Below are positions 48,983 through 62,230 of a stretch of DNA of 64,000 nt, piece after piece. Source of the stretch: Squalus acanthias (Eukaryota); NCBI GenBank assembly GCA_030390025.1, contig CM059432.1, forward strand, positions 38,194,001 to 38,258,000, in the 5' to 3' direction. The translations under genes and the position numbers were made by a program. The notes beneath the pieces are model-generated. The model had not been told where the DNA came from. It saw only the letters and a program-made list of their open reading frames with translations, and did no database searches. Each line of letters starts with the position of its first letter. The first letter of the stretch is position 1.

Positions 48983-50196
48983 GTGTCACGTGTTTGGAAC
49001 GGTTTCTGCACCCTATCTGTTTACTCTCGCTGCTGCAAAAGGCAAGCCAGACTCCCTGATGTCATGAAGCAGTCGATGGACTCAAACCGTCTTAGAATTC
49101 AAAGAAGAATCTTCCTGTGTTACGGTACATGTAGAAGTCGGTAGAACTCAAAGGAAAGTTCTGTCGTTATATTTTCGGGCGCGGTCGGGGTTTACTGACT
49201 GTGGCGGCACGTGGAATTTCTTCTCGTCTTTCTTCTCGTCTTTCTTCTCGTCACTCGGGCCTCTGGGTCCAGACACCGTTTACCGACACTCGGGATGGGG
49301 TACCCTGTTACTTGCCCTTGTCGAGGCGGCTCGTTCCGATTGAGCTCCACCCAACACTCGAATAACCGACCAGCACGGCTAAGAGTCAAGAGTCAAGAGA
49401 GTCCAGAGAATCAAGCGACCAAAAGTCCAGCCCCAAGGAAGAGTTCAGGAAGAGAGAGAGGGTTCAGCCCGAGTCAAGAGAGTCAAGAGACCGATGGACA
49501 TTTGTCCTCTATAGTTATACCGTTCTGTCTGCTTTATCTCCCGCTCAAATCTAAATGTTTATCCTTTGTGTGATTTTGGCGCTCAAAACTCCCAGCATGG
49601 GACGATTATCTTCTTAACGGGTTTCGGTAGCACCTGAAACTGGCCAACTATCTGTTAATGTCTTCCCCATTGTTGAGCCAGCCAGGATGTGTATGAATCG
49701 TCTCCTCGACTGGTTTTGGGGCCCCCCGAATACTGGCTTAATCACCCACCAATGTCTCTCTCATTGTTGAGCCGGGGGGGCATTTGTGTATTGATGTGCC
49801 TAGATGGGTTCTCGATGGCCCAGTTCAATGATCCTTACTGTGCATAGGAAAATGATTCCAGCACTTATATCATTGATATTGTTCAAAATGCAAACGGGTT
49901 GCATCCTGTCTTTATCAATGTGTACCGAGTATGATCCAATCTCATACTGAATGTATATTCGACGCCATCTTGTCTGCCCACTGTGTCTCTGGAAGCTTCT
50001 GCCACGATGCGCGGCGGCCATTTTACAGGCTTCTGTGTCCTTTATTATCAGGACAGCATTTCGTTTAATAAAACTGATCAATTGAATCTGCTTCTCTCAT
50101 GTTATTTTGAATCGCGATAATTGCGAAACTCTACACTTCCGGGTTTCGCGTCTCCAAGCTGCGCAGCAGGCATGACGTGCACCCGCATGATGGGAG

Positions 50197-51858
50197 CTCT
50201 CTCCCGTGCACCTCTCTCCCGTGCACCTCTCTCCCGTGCACCTCCCACCCGTGCACCTCTCTCCGTGCACCTCTCTCCCGTGCACCTCTCTCCCGTGCAC
50301 CTCCCTCCCGTGCACCTCTCTCCCGTGCACCTCTCTCCCATGCACCTCTCTCCCGTGCACCTCTCTCCCGTGTACCTCCCTCCCGTGTACCTCTCTCCCG
50401 TGCACCTCTCTCCCGTGTACCTCCCTCCCGTGCACCTCCCTCCCGTGCACCTCTCTCCCGTGCACCTCCCTCCCGTGTACCTCCCTCCTGTGGACCTCCC
50501 TCCCGTGTACCCCTCTCCCGTGCACCTCTCTCCCGTGCACCTCTCTCCCGTGTACCTCAATCCCATGCACCTCTCTCCCGTGTACCTCTCTCCCGTGCAC
50601 CTCTCTCCCGTGTACCTCCCTCCCGTGTACCTCTCTCCCGTGCACCTCTCTCCCGTGCACCTCTCTCCCGTGCACCTCTCTCCCGTGCACCTCTCTCCAC
50701 CTCTCTCCCGTGCACCTCTCTCCCGTGCACCTCTCTCCCGTGTACCTCAATCCCGTGCACCTCTCTCCCGTGTACCTCTCTCCCGTGCACCTCTCTCCCG
50801 TGCACCTCTCTCCCGTGTACCTCTCTCCCGTGCACCTCTCTCCCATGCACCTCTCTCCACCTCTCTCCCGTGCACCTCCCTCCTGTGCACTTTCCTCCCG
50901 TGCACCTCTCTCCCGTGTACCTCTCTCCCGTGTACCTCTCTCCCGTGCACCTCTCTCCCGTGCACCTCTCTCCAGTGGACCTCCCTCCCATGGACCTCCC
51001 TCCCGTGTACCTCCCTCCCATGTACCTCTCTCCCATGCACCTCTCTCCACCCCTCTCCCATGCACCTCTCTCCCGTGCACCTCTCTCCACCTCTCTCCCG
51101 TGCACCTCTCTCCCGTGCACCTCTCTCCCGTGCACCTCTCTCCCGTGCACCTCTCTCCCGTGCACCTCTCTCCCTTGTACCTCTTTCCCGTGCACCTCTC
51201 TCCCGTGCACCTCTCTCCCTTGCACCTCTCTCGACCTCTCTACCGTGCACCTCTCTCCCGTGCACCTCCCTCCCGTGCACCTCTCTCCACCTCTCTCCCG
51301 TGCACCTCTCTCCCATGCACCTCCCTCCCGTGCACCTCTCTACTGTGCACCTCTCTCCCGTGCACCTCTTTCCCGTGCACCTCCCTCCTGTGCATTTTCC
51401 TCCTGTGCACCTCTCTACTGTGCACCTCTCTCCCGTGCACCTCTTTCCCGTGCACCTCCCTCCTGTGCATTTTCCTCCTGTGCACCTCTCTCCTGTGCAC
51501 CTCTCTACCGTGCACCTCCCTCCCGTGCACCTCTCTACTGTGCACCTCTCTCCCGTGTACCTCTCTACTGTGCACCTCTCTCCCATGCACCTCTCTACTG
51601 TGCACCTCTCTCCCGTGTACCTCTCTACTGTGCACCTCTCTCCCGTGTACCTCTCTACCGTGCACCTCTCTCCCATGCACCTCTCTCCCGTGCACCTCTC
51701 TCCACCTCTCTCCCGTGCACCTCTCTACCGTGCACCTCTCTCCCGTGCACCTCTCTCCTGTGCACCTCTCTCCACTTCTCTCCCGTGCACCTCTCTCCTG
51801 TGCACCTCTCTCCCGTGCACCTCCCTCCTGTGCATTTTCCTCCTGTGCACCTCTCTCT
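50197..51858. repeat. 15-bp minisatellite, left block (CCCGTGCACCTCTCT)n
   Basis: Direct reading; about 110 units with occasional 10-bp variants. Confidence 0.97.
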
Positions 51859-51866
51859 TTTTCTCT

Positions 51867-53428
51867 TCAGCATCCCAGAGTACTAAAAGAGGTAGCCATG
51901 GAAATAGTGGATGCATTGGTTGTCATCTTCCTAAATTCTATAGATTATGAAACAGTTCCTGCAGATTGGAGGGTGGCATATATAACCCCACTATTTAAAA
52001 AAGGAGGGAGAGAAAAAACAGGGAACTACAGACCGGTTAGCCTAACATCAGTAGTAGGGAAAATGCTAGAGTCTATTATAAAGGATGTGATAACAGGACA
52101 CTTAGAAAATATCAACGGGATTAGACAAAGTCAACATGGATTTATGAAAGGGAAATTGTGTTTGACAAACCTACTAGAGTTTTTTGAGGATGTAACTGGT
52201 AGAATAGATAAGGGAGAACAGTGGATGTGGTATATTTGGATTTTCAGAAGGCCTTTGATAAAGTCCCACATAAGAGGTTAGTGTGCAAAATTAAAGCACA
52301 TGGGATTGGGGGTCATATACTGGCATGGATTGAAAATTGGTTAACAGACAGGAAACAGAGAGTAGGAATAAATGGGTCTTTTTTGGGGTGGCAGGCGGTG
52401 ACTAGTGGGGTACCGCAGGGATCAGTGCTTGGGCCCCAGCTATTCACAATATATATCAATGATTTGGATGAGGGAACCAAATGTAATATTTCCAAGTTTA
52501 CTGACAACACAAAATTAGGTGGGATTGTGAGTTGTGAGGAGGATGCAAAGAGGCTTCAAGGTGATTTGGACAAGTTGAGTGAGTGGGCAAATACATGGCA
52601 GATGCAGTATAACGTGGATAAATGTGAAGTTATCCACTTCGGTAGAAAAAACAGAAAGGCAGAGTATTATTTAAATGGTGCTAGATTGGGAAATGTTGAT
52701 GTACAGAGGGACCTGGGTGTCCTTGTACACCAGTCACTGAAAGCAAACATGCAGGTGCAGCAAGCTGTTAGGAAGGCAAATGGTATGCTGGCCTTCATTG
52801 CAAGAGGATTTGAGTACAGGAGCGAGGATGTCTTACTACAGTTATACAGGGCCTTGGTGAGACCACATCTGGAGTACTGTGTGCAATTTTGGTCTCCTTA
52901 CCTAAGAAAGGATATACTTGCCATAGAGGGAGTGCAGCGAAGGTTCACCAGACTGATTCCTGGGATGGCAGGAATGTCGTATGAGGAAAGATTGGGTCGA
53001 CTAGGCGTGTATTCACTAGAGTTTAGAAGAATGAGAGGGGATCTCATTGAAACGTATAAAATTTTGACAGGGCTAGACAGACTGGATGCAGGGAGGATGT
53101 TTCCCCTGGCTGGGGGGGTCTAGAATGAGGAGTCACAGTCTCAGGATACGGGGTAGGACATTTAGGACTGAGATGAGGAGAAATTTCTTCACTCAGAGGG
53201 TGGTGAACCTGTGGAATTCTCTACCACAGAAGGCTGTGGAGGCCAAGTCACTGAATATATTTAAGGAGATAGATAGATTTCTAGACACAAAAGGCATCAA
53301 GGGGTATGGGGAGAGAGCGGGAATATGGTATTGAGATAGAGGATCAGCCATGATCATATTGAATGGCGGAGCAGGCTCAAAGGGCCGAATGGCCTACTCC
53401 TGCTCTTATTTTTCGATGTTTCTATGTT
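51867..53428 (+). mobile_element. CR1 LINE, 5'-truncated, inserted in the minisatellite
   Basis: GNYRPVSLTS, DFQKAFDKVPH, GVPQGSVLGP, LVRPHLEYCVQFWSP; TTTCTATG-type tail. Confidence 0.93.
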
Positions 53429-54296
53429 TCTCTCCTGTGCACCTCTCTCCTGTGCACTGCTCTCTTGTGCACCTGTTTCCTGTGCATTTTCCTCCTGCGC
53501 ACCTCCCTCCCGTGGACCTCCCTCCCGTGGACCTCCCTCCCGTGGACCTCCCTCCCGTGCACCTCTCTCCTGTGGACCTCCCTCCCGTGCACCTCTCTCC
53601 TGTGGACCTCCCTCCCGTGGACCTCCCTCCCGTGGACCTCCCTCCCGTGCACCTCTCTCCTGTGGACCTCCCTCCCGTGGACCTCCCTCCCGTGGACCTC
53701 CCTCCTGTGGACCTCCCTCCCGTGGACCTCCCTCCCGAGGACCTCCCTCCCGTGGACCTCCCTCCCGTGCACCTCTCTCCTGTGCACCCCTCTCCTGTGC
53801 ACCTCTCTCCTGTGCACCTCCCTCCTGTGGACCTCCCTCCAGTGGACCTCCCTCCTGTGGACCTCCCTCCCGTGCACCTCTCTCCTGTGCACCCCTCTCC
53901 TGTGCACCTCTCTCCTGTGCACCTCCCTCCTGTGGACCTCCCTCCAGTGGACCTCCCTCCTGTGGACCTCTCTCCCGTGGACCTCCCTCCTGTGCACCTC
54001 CCTCCTGTGGACCTCCCTCCAGTGGACGTCCCTCCTGTGGACCTCCCTCCCGTGCACCTCTCTCCTGTGCACCCCTCTCCTGTGCACCTCTCTCCTGTGC
54101 ACCCCTCTCCCGTGGACCTCCCTCCCGTGGACCTCCCTCCCGTGCACCTCTCTCCTGTGGACCTCCCTCCCGTGGACCTCCCTCCTGTGCACCTCCCTCC
54201 TGTGGACCTCCCTCCAGTGGACCTCCCTCCTGTGGACCTCCCTCCCGTGGACCTCCCTCCCGTGCACCTCTCTCCTGTGCACCCCTCTCCTGTGCA
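53429..54296. repeat. 15-bp minisatellite, right block (CCYGTGGACCTCCCT variant dominant)
   Basis: Direct reading. Confidence 0.97.
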
Positions 54297-55379
54297 TGTA
54301 CTGATCCCACCACAGCACATCATTGCTGCCGTAGATGGTGATGGTCTTCCTCTTCTGATGTGCTGTCAAACACATCCAACGCACCTCTCATCCTGATCTT
54401 GTAAGTTTGGAAGTCTCCAAATTTGAGAAAAGCTGTATCCACATAAGAATTCTCTTCCAAACGTTTGCCAGAGGGAACTGAGACACCAGCTGTAATCAGT
54501 GAGGTTTTATTCAGGTGGGGCAATTACAAGTTTAATACCCACCTGAACTGTGGCTCAATCTCGCCTCCATTCCACTGGTCAGTTTCCCGAGCCCTGGGAA
54601 ACCCGTGCTGGGATCATTAAATTTAAAGCTAAGTTAAATTAAATTTAGATACACCTCATTAACATCTCTTAAGGATGTTAATTGCAACTATAACTATTCA
54701 CCCACCTGCAATAATTAAAGCCCCGATTTCGGCAAGTCGGTTACTCGCAGGCATCCAAACGTACCTCTGTTAAACCCAGAAGTGGGCGCGTTTGAGTCGG
54801 GTTGCGGTCACGATCCAAAACTAATTAATTTTAAGTACCCACCCGCCCCCAAACCCACATGTTCTTGGGAGTTAAATCTCCCCCCAGTGTAATTAGAAAA
54901 GAGTGTCCCAAAGAAAAAGAAAGACTTGCATTTATATAGCGCCTTTCACGACCACCGGACGTCTCAAAGCGCTTTACAGCCAATGAAGTACTTTTGGACT
55001 ACTTTTACACTCACATTTACATTTTTGCTAAAATGAGTCAATCCAGGAAAATAAAGCCCTACATCGATATGATTTTTTACCCCCGAACACGTAGCTAGGC
55101 AAATATGACGACCTGCGCTGCAATGAATACTTGTTGATATTACAGTGCGGTAGTGGTGTTGCAATATAAACAAGGTGGGGCAGCTGCCACTGGAGGAGCA
55201 GAGAACCACTTCAAGAGCTGGTGTTTGGCTAATCCTCCATAGGCAGCGATGCTGCCAGTCATGCAAACCGCAACATTTATTAACACAGTATAATCACAAT
55301 AACCAACATTTAAAGCTTACATATTAATTCACATATAGCTGAAAAGTTAAAAAGCAAGTGTGGATCGGGCAGTTAATTG

Positions 55380-55842
55380 GTGCTGATCAGTGGGTAGCAC
55401 ACACGCCTCTGAGTCAGAAAGTTGTGGGTTCTAAGTCCCACTCCAGGGACTTGAGCACATAAAGCTAGGCTGACACTCCAGTGCAGTGCTGAGGGAGTGC
55501 TGCACTGTCGGAGGTGCCGTCTTTCGGATGAGATGTTATACCGAGGCCCCGTCTGCTCTCCCAGGTGAACGTAAAAGATCCATGGCACTATTTCGAAGAA
55601 GAGCAGGGGAGTTATTCCCGGTGTCCTGGCCAATATTTAATCCTCAACCAACATAACAAAAAACAGATTATCTGGTCATTATCACATTGCTGTTTGTGGG
55701 ACCTTGCTGTGCACAAATTGGCTGCCACGTTTTCCACATTACAACAGTGACTCCACTTCAAATAGTACTTCATTGGCTGTAAAGCGCTTTGAGATGTCCG
55801 GTGGTCATGAAAGGCGCTATATAAATCCAAGTCTTTTTTTTT
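55380..55842 (+). mobile_element. tRNA-derived DeuSINE (SacSINE1-like) with L2-type tail
   Basis: tRNA-like head, Deu-domain-like TGCTGCACTGTCGGAGGTGCCGTCTTTCGGATGAGATG, tail GAAAGGCGCTATATAAAT plus T-run. Confidence 0.75.
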
Positions 55843-56299
55843 TGATTGTCACTTTGAATAGATCCAGCGACGCTCTAATCCATCAATTCCCCATTCTGTG
55901 CATTAGAAGGTTCCGATCTCCTGGCTCTTTTCTTCCTCAAACAGCACACGCCACATTGTTCTGTACACTCTTTTGTTTCTGGCGTTCAGCCACCAAGACA
56001 GCATTGTAATACGAAGGGGGCAATACTGTGCTGCGACCTTCCTCATGACAAGTGGGTTGAGTTTGAATTGAACTCAGCTGCAGATGATGCTTCATGGTCA
56101 TTGGTCATGATTAAAATTTAAACAAGCCATGCAGTTTTATTCTAGTAGCTACGTGAGATTAGTATACAATTGTGATTTATTTTTAAAGTTTGGGAGGAAA
56201 TTGGTTCAAAGGCTGATTTCACAACATCACTGTAAACAGAACTTAGGGATAAGTGACACTGGCTGTCCAGAGGAGAAAGGTCACAAAGGAGAAGCCTCT

Positions 56300-58440
56300 C
56301 TTAGGCAGTCCCTCGGAACCGAGGATGACTTGCTTCCACATTAAAAATGAGTTCTCAGGTGACTGATGAACCCAATGCGAGAGCTACAGTCTCTGTCACA
56401 GGTGGGGCATGTGAAGGAATAAGCAATATACCTATTCAGAAAAATACACCATTCTATAAAAGAATTCTGACTTTATTAAAACATGACAAACTGGGTTTGA
56501 AAATCTAAAAACCTAACAATGGAAAAGCTGTGAACAGCATTCAGGCTATTGAGATAAGATAAGTTGTTGACACTGAATCAATAGCCTTATTGAAACAGGA
56601 GGTTGGAGGTTCCTGAAAGTCTGAAGCTTGGAAAGAACACAATGGTATACCCTGTTAAGGTGTCCTAAATTTCACTGTAGAAATCATCACATAAAATTAA
56701 GAAACATATGCCTTCGTAAAAATGACATCAAATGAACCACGGAAGACACGAGTCTGTGTTGCAACCAGCTGAGGTGACTTAAGAATTGCATAGAAGACCT
56801 TGGTAAGAATGAAATCAAATAGATGCACCAGCCATCACATTGTTTTTGTGTTAAGCTTGAGACACCTACACAGGAGACATAATTCTTCATGCTACCAGCT
56901 GAACTGACTGTAAGAATAGCAGAAGTCAGCAGAAAAATGACTAGAGATAATTAGCTTACATCAGCAGAAAACTTCAAAGGAAATACCACTGCAAAAGGAT
57001 ATAAAAATTGAACTTTCAAATGGGATGATAGTCTCGCTGTAAAGGGGCAAAGCGATTCTCGGCTTCAGAGGCAAGCTCTGTAAGTCTACAACTTTGTATC
57101 TCGGGGATCAAGTACTTGTATTTGATTTTGGTGGATATCCTGGAATAAGACTAAGAAATGTAAAAATATAACGAAGTTAAGATTTGAGAATAAGGATCTC
57201 TGATAATAGAATTGTAAGATTTCTGTTTTTGGAACTGTTAATGTTGCGATTGCGATTGAATCACCAACATGTCGGTTCTTTAATAAATCTATATATTTTT
57301 AGAATTGTCTCACATAATACTTCTGCATCAAACTCGCAAACTCAATCTCTGTACGCTCCTTGGTGAGGAGTTGTAGAATTCTGAGGGAGTTTTCCGGACC
57401 CTAATAATATCCGGAACGTTACAGTCTAGCTAAACTTATTAAAAGTGCTATCTGGAGGACGGTAACATCTTCAGGTTATTCCTTTCCTTTAGGGAGAGAT
57501 AGTCTGGACCTTTAGACCCAATTAAGCGTCTTTAGGATTCGGCTACCTCAAACTTTAGTTCAAAGTGAACGTCTGGGGAATACGCCTGATCCGGGGTAGC
57601 CCTAAAGGGGCTAGGACTAGTAATTATCCCTTCAGTTGGCGCCTTCACAGGGCAGACGGTGGTTGAAGGGGCGGGTAGGTGGGGTGCTTGGGTTGATGTG
57701 CGCTCCTTGCGCTTGGCTTCCGCTTGCTCCCGGCGAAGAGACTCGAGGTGTTCGGCGCCTTCCCGGATGCTTCTCCTCCACTTTGTGCGGTCTTGGGCCA
57801 GGGATTCCCAGGTGTCAGTGGGGATGTTGCACTTTTTCAAGGAGGCTTTGAGGGTGTCCTTGAAGCGTTTCCTCTGCCCACCTGGGGCTCTCTTGCTGTG
57901 TCGGAGCTCCGAGTAGAGCGCTAGTTTTGGGAGTCTCGTATCGGGAATGCGGACGATGTGGCCCGTCCATCGGAGCTGATCGAGCGTGGTCAAAGCTTCG
58001 ATGCTGGTGATGTTGGCCTGAACAAGAGCACTGATGTTGGTGCACCTATCCTGCCAATGGATTTGCAGGATCTTGCGGAGGCAGCGTTGGTGGTACCTCT
58101 CCAGTGCTTTGAGGTGCCTGCAGTACATGATCCATGTCTCTGAGGCATACAGCAGGGCGGTATCACTGCTGCCATGTAGACCATGAGCTTAGTGCCGGGT
58201 TTGAGGTCCTGGTCTTCAAACACTCTCTTCCTCAGGCGACCGAAGGCTGCACTGGCACACTGAAGGAGGTGTTGGACTTCGTCATCGACGTCTGCCCTTG
58301 TTGACAGTAGGCTCCCGAGGTATGGAAAGTGGTCCTCATTGTCCAAGGCCTTGTCGTGGATTTTGATAATCAGGGGGCAGTACTGTGTGGTGGGGGCAGG
58401 TTGGTAGAGGACCTTTGTCTTACGGATGTTTAGTGTAAGG
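56300..58440 (-). mobile_element. RTE-clade LINE 3' portion, interrupted by a foamy LTR
   Basis: HFPYLGSLLS, QLRWTGHIVRIPDTRLPK, GGQRKRFKDTLKASL. Confidence 0.85.
56410..57649 (+). mobile_element. Single foamy-like LTR (56410-57634) plus PBS remnant and inverted U3 end
   Basis: TGTGAAGG...CCCTTCA-GTTGGCG-CCTTCACA; 5-bp TSD GGGCA (56405-56409, 57650-57654). Confidence 0.88.
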
Positions 58441-59514
58441 AGAAGCCACTTAAGGACTAAATGAGCTTTTAGATGTAAAGGCTGTGGTCATCAGCAAACA
58501 CGCAGGCCTCCCACCATCAGCTGCAGTCAGAAGCATAAACAACCTCCTCACCTTGTTGCTTGTGGTAGCAGAGATCTATTCTTTCATGGGTCTTGCAAGT
58601 CGTTACCATGATTCGCCTACTCCATTCCTGACCTGCTGCCTGATGCAGACTGAACAGGTAGAAATGTAAACAGGTGAGAGCGCAGCAAGGGGGACTCTCT
58701 CCCAAAGCCAGCGCTACAATGTAGAAGCATTTTAAGTTGGTTCCAACTGATATCTTACAACCCAAGAAATTTCCAGCTGCTTTGAAGGATTCTGCTCTTA
58801 TCTATAAGCAGTTCAATTCAAGTTTTCGTGAAAACTCTTTCACAGATTTAAAAATGCACACCAAGGCACATCAACGTGATTAACGCTTGATCCCCTAGTA
58901 CCCTCACTTTCCCAGCTTAGTGACCACCTGCATTTTGGATGCCCCTCATATCTTTGTCTCTGTCACACTCCAAATATTTGCACCCTTTGATTTAAATTAA
59001 CTTTTCATTCATTTAAAACCATGCTCACATGTCCTACTAGCCTGACTTAATTTGAAATAATATTTTGAGTTTAAGTATTTAATATTTTATAAAGCTCAAT
59101 GAGGTTCCCCCTTACCTTTCTCTGTAGAGATTAAACATGTTTAACCTTTCTTCATAACTCCTTTACACTTAGAATATCTTTTGCTGCTCTTCTCTGTACC
59201 CTGACTAATGCATGCACATCCCTTAATGGTGTCCCAACCAAAACTGAACATATTAGAGGATGTTCCTGGGTCTGCACCCAAGCACACTGGATCATCTGGG
59301 CACCCTGTAATAGAGGCAAGCATGGCAGCCAATTTGTACAGAACAAGACCCCACAAACAGAAATTAGATAAATGGCATGATAATCTGTGTTAGTGATGTT
59401 AGTTGAGGGATAAATGTTGGCCAGAATATCAACAGAGCTCCCCTGCTCTTCATCAAACTGTGCCATTGGATCTTTTAGGTACACCTCAGAGAGTAGATGG
59501 AGCCTCAGTTTAAC

Positions 59515-61830
59515 ATGTTAGCCTTTATTGCAAGGGGGTTGGAGTATAAGAGTAAGGAAGTCTTGCTGCAATTATATAGGGCTTTGGTGATACCACATCT
59601 GGAGTACTGTGTACAGTTTTGATCTCCTTACCTAAGGAAGGGTATACTTGCCTTAGAGGGAGTGCAACAAAGGTTCACTAGATTGATTCCTGGGATGAGA
59701 GGACTGTCCTATGAAGAGAGATTGAGTAGAATGGGCCTATACTCTCTGGAGTTTAGAAGAATAAGAGGTCATCTCATTGAAACATATAGAATTCTTAGAG
59801 GGCTTGACAGGGTAGATGCTGAGTGGCTGTTTCCCCTGGCTAGAGAGTCTAGAACTCGGGGGCATAGTCTCAGGATAAGGGGTTGGCCATTTAGGACTGA
59901 GATGCGGAGAAATTTCTTCACTCAGCGGGTTGGGAATCTTTGGAATTCTCTACCCCAGATCGCTGTGGATGTTCAGTCATTGTAGAATTCGCAAAATTAT
60001 CACGATTTTATAAAATAAGAAGGAGACATAAAGTTTCGTACAAACAGCTTTATTTCAGCAGAATGCTGTCAGGTTTTCAAAGTGGACACAAACAGCCTGT
60101 AAAATGGCCGCCACGCCTCGTGGCAGAACGTTCTAGACTTTCAATGAGCAGACAAGATGGCGTTCCAATAAACATTTGTGCAAGATCGTACAGGACTCAG
60201 CACATTTGAGATAATTGACAAGACATAATGGGTTTGCATTTTATACATAAATACTGGAATCGGTCTCCCAGGTGCGAATAAGGGCTATTGTACCGAGCGA
60301 TCAAGAACCCATCCAAAGACATTAATATGCAAAATCCCCACGACTCTACGATGAGAGAGCCATTTGCGGGTAGTTACAGAAAGCATTTGGAAGCCCCAAA
60401 ACCCCTCCAGGGAGAATACTGGCCGGTTCCACAATGGGAGAAGTATTAACGGGTACTCAGACAGTTACAAGTATCACCGAAACCCATTAAAAACGGAGAT
60501 CACCCCATACAAGAAGTTTGAGCGCCAAAACCCTGACAAAAGATAGACATTAAGATTGGGCGGGAAAAGAGGAATTACAGCACTATAACTGTAAGGTACA
60601 ACCGTCCATCTGTCTCTTGCCTCTTGATACTCTTGCTGCTGACTGCTGCCTCTGCTTCTTCTTGCGCTTGCTGTTTTGACTCGCTGGAAGACTATTGAAC
60701 TTTTATTCTCTTGCCTGACGGCTCTGGACTCTGATCCGCTAGGATCAGCCTCGTGGCTTGCCGCGAAGATCTGTGTAGAACTGGGCTGTGAGGCCTTGAA
60801 ACGGGCACACCATCCCGAGAAGTCGGTAAACGGTGTTGGAACCGAAGCCCCGAGAGGAGATGAGATGAGATGAGATGAGATGAGAAGAGAAGAAGACGAC
60901 AATACGTATCGCCACGGTCAGTAAGCCCCGACCGCGCCTGCAAGTCGAATAAACACTTTCCTTGCCCAGGAAGACCATTCTTCGAATTTTATCGAACCGG
61001 TGTGAGGGCACAGGAAGACTTTTTTTGAGTAGTGTCGGAACTCCGAGGACAACACAGATCTTCATGACAGCAGACGGTCCAGCCTGCTAGCCGGAGCAGA
61101 AACGAGTAAACAAGTGGGGTACAGAGACCCCTGATCAACACGTGGATAGTCAGGTGCTGCGGGAAAAACATCTGAGCAGAGTTTCGGAATTCTCCGAGTT
61201 ATCACGAGTGGTGAGCATGAGTCTCGATCCTTCAAATCTAGTTTAGGACAGGTATTGATAGGGGAGGGTTTGAGTTTTTAAGGATAATTGTAATGTGTGC
61301 CCCCTTTTACGATGTGTCATGCGCTCCTCGTTTCCCTAAAATTAGTTACATAACTGTGTGTAAGATTGTACTGTCATTAATCTGTGCTTATGACATGTAT
61401 CTCGTAATCTTGAATAATATGCAATAAAGATTTTCTATTTCGCACTATTCAACCGGGTCTACCTGAGTTTTCTCTGCATTATTGCTCTCGCACCTAAGTC
61501 CAGTGTCAGAACCGTAAGGGCGAGTGGGTCGAACCACTCACAGGTGTCTAGTGTTACCAGGCTGGCTGGAGACCAGAACAGGCAACAAGGCCTAACCTCG
61601 CACTAGCACCCAGGCTAAGCACAGAGCCGCAGGTCACGCCCTTACATCATTGAGTATATTCAAGTTGGAGATCGATAGATTTTTGAATATTAAGGGAACC
61701 AAGGGATATGGGGATAGTGCAGGAAAGTGGAGTTGAAGGAGAAGATCAGCCATGATCTTACTGAATGGCGAAGCAGGCTCGAGGGGCCGTATAGCCTACT
61801 CCTGCTCCTATTTCTTATGTTCTTACGTTC
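59515..61830 (+). mobile_element. CR1 LINE 3' portion, interrupted by a solo LTR
   Basis: QRFTRLIPGMRGLSYEERL, NFFTQRVGNLWNSLP; resumes at 61647. Confidence 0.85.
59981..61646 (+). repeat. Solo LTR of the lokiretrovirus-like family
   Basis: TGTAGAATTC...CCCTTACA, 4-bp TSD TCAT, AATAAA at 61423-61428. Confidence 0.92.
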
Positions 61831-62002
61831 TAACTTCTCATTCAAAAGATGGCACCTCCAATAATACAGTACCCCCTCAGAACTGCACTGAAGAGTCAGC
61901 CGACATTATATGCTCAAGTCTTTGGAGAGGGCCTTACACCCACAACCTACTAACTCAAAGATACTGCAGATACTGCGAAAAGCAAAATAAAACCTGCTGC
62001 TT

Positions 62003-62168
62003 GAAGTTCCGTGGAGGTTCACCCAATCTACTGCTGTAACTTCAGCAGAAGATCAGAGGAAACCCTGGAGAAATAGTGTAAACGGCTAAAATCAGCCGTT
62101 CCACCAGGGGTTGCACTGATCCTCCAGCACAGTTACAGTAGTAGATTGGGTGAACGCCACGGAAATTC
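62003..62168. mobile_element. Small palindromic MITE-like element
   Basis: Imperfect inverted arms CCGTGGAGGTTCACCCAATCTACTGCTGTAAC / GTTACAGTAGTAGATTGGGTGAACGCCACGG. Confidence 0.65.
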
Positions 62169-62230
62169 TTCGGTTTGAAATTTAAATTTTATACTAATCT
62201 GAATGACAGCTTTTAAAAAACAAACTCTAA

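Larger units (their letters stand above)
35570..50135 (-). repeat. Solo LTR (~1.66 kb; 35570-36076 plus 48983-50135) of a related subfamily, interrupted by the provirus
   Basis: TGTAAGGG...CTACA termini, perfect 4-bp TSD CTTC (35566-35569, 50136-50139), colinear similarity to the proviral LTR. Confidence 0.85.

Noticed and set aside
50197..54296. Regular repeat array as a possible CRISPR
   Set aside because: Head-to-tail units without unique spacers, eukaryotic context, no cas genes
50097..54396. Long ORFs of 300-690 aa in several frames (VHLSP, REVHG, CTSLP repeats)
   Set aside because: Artefacts of a stop-free 15-bp minisatellite, partly running into CR1 RT
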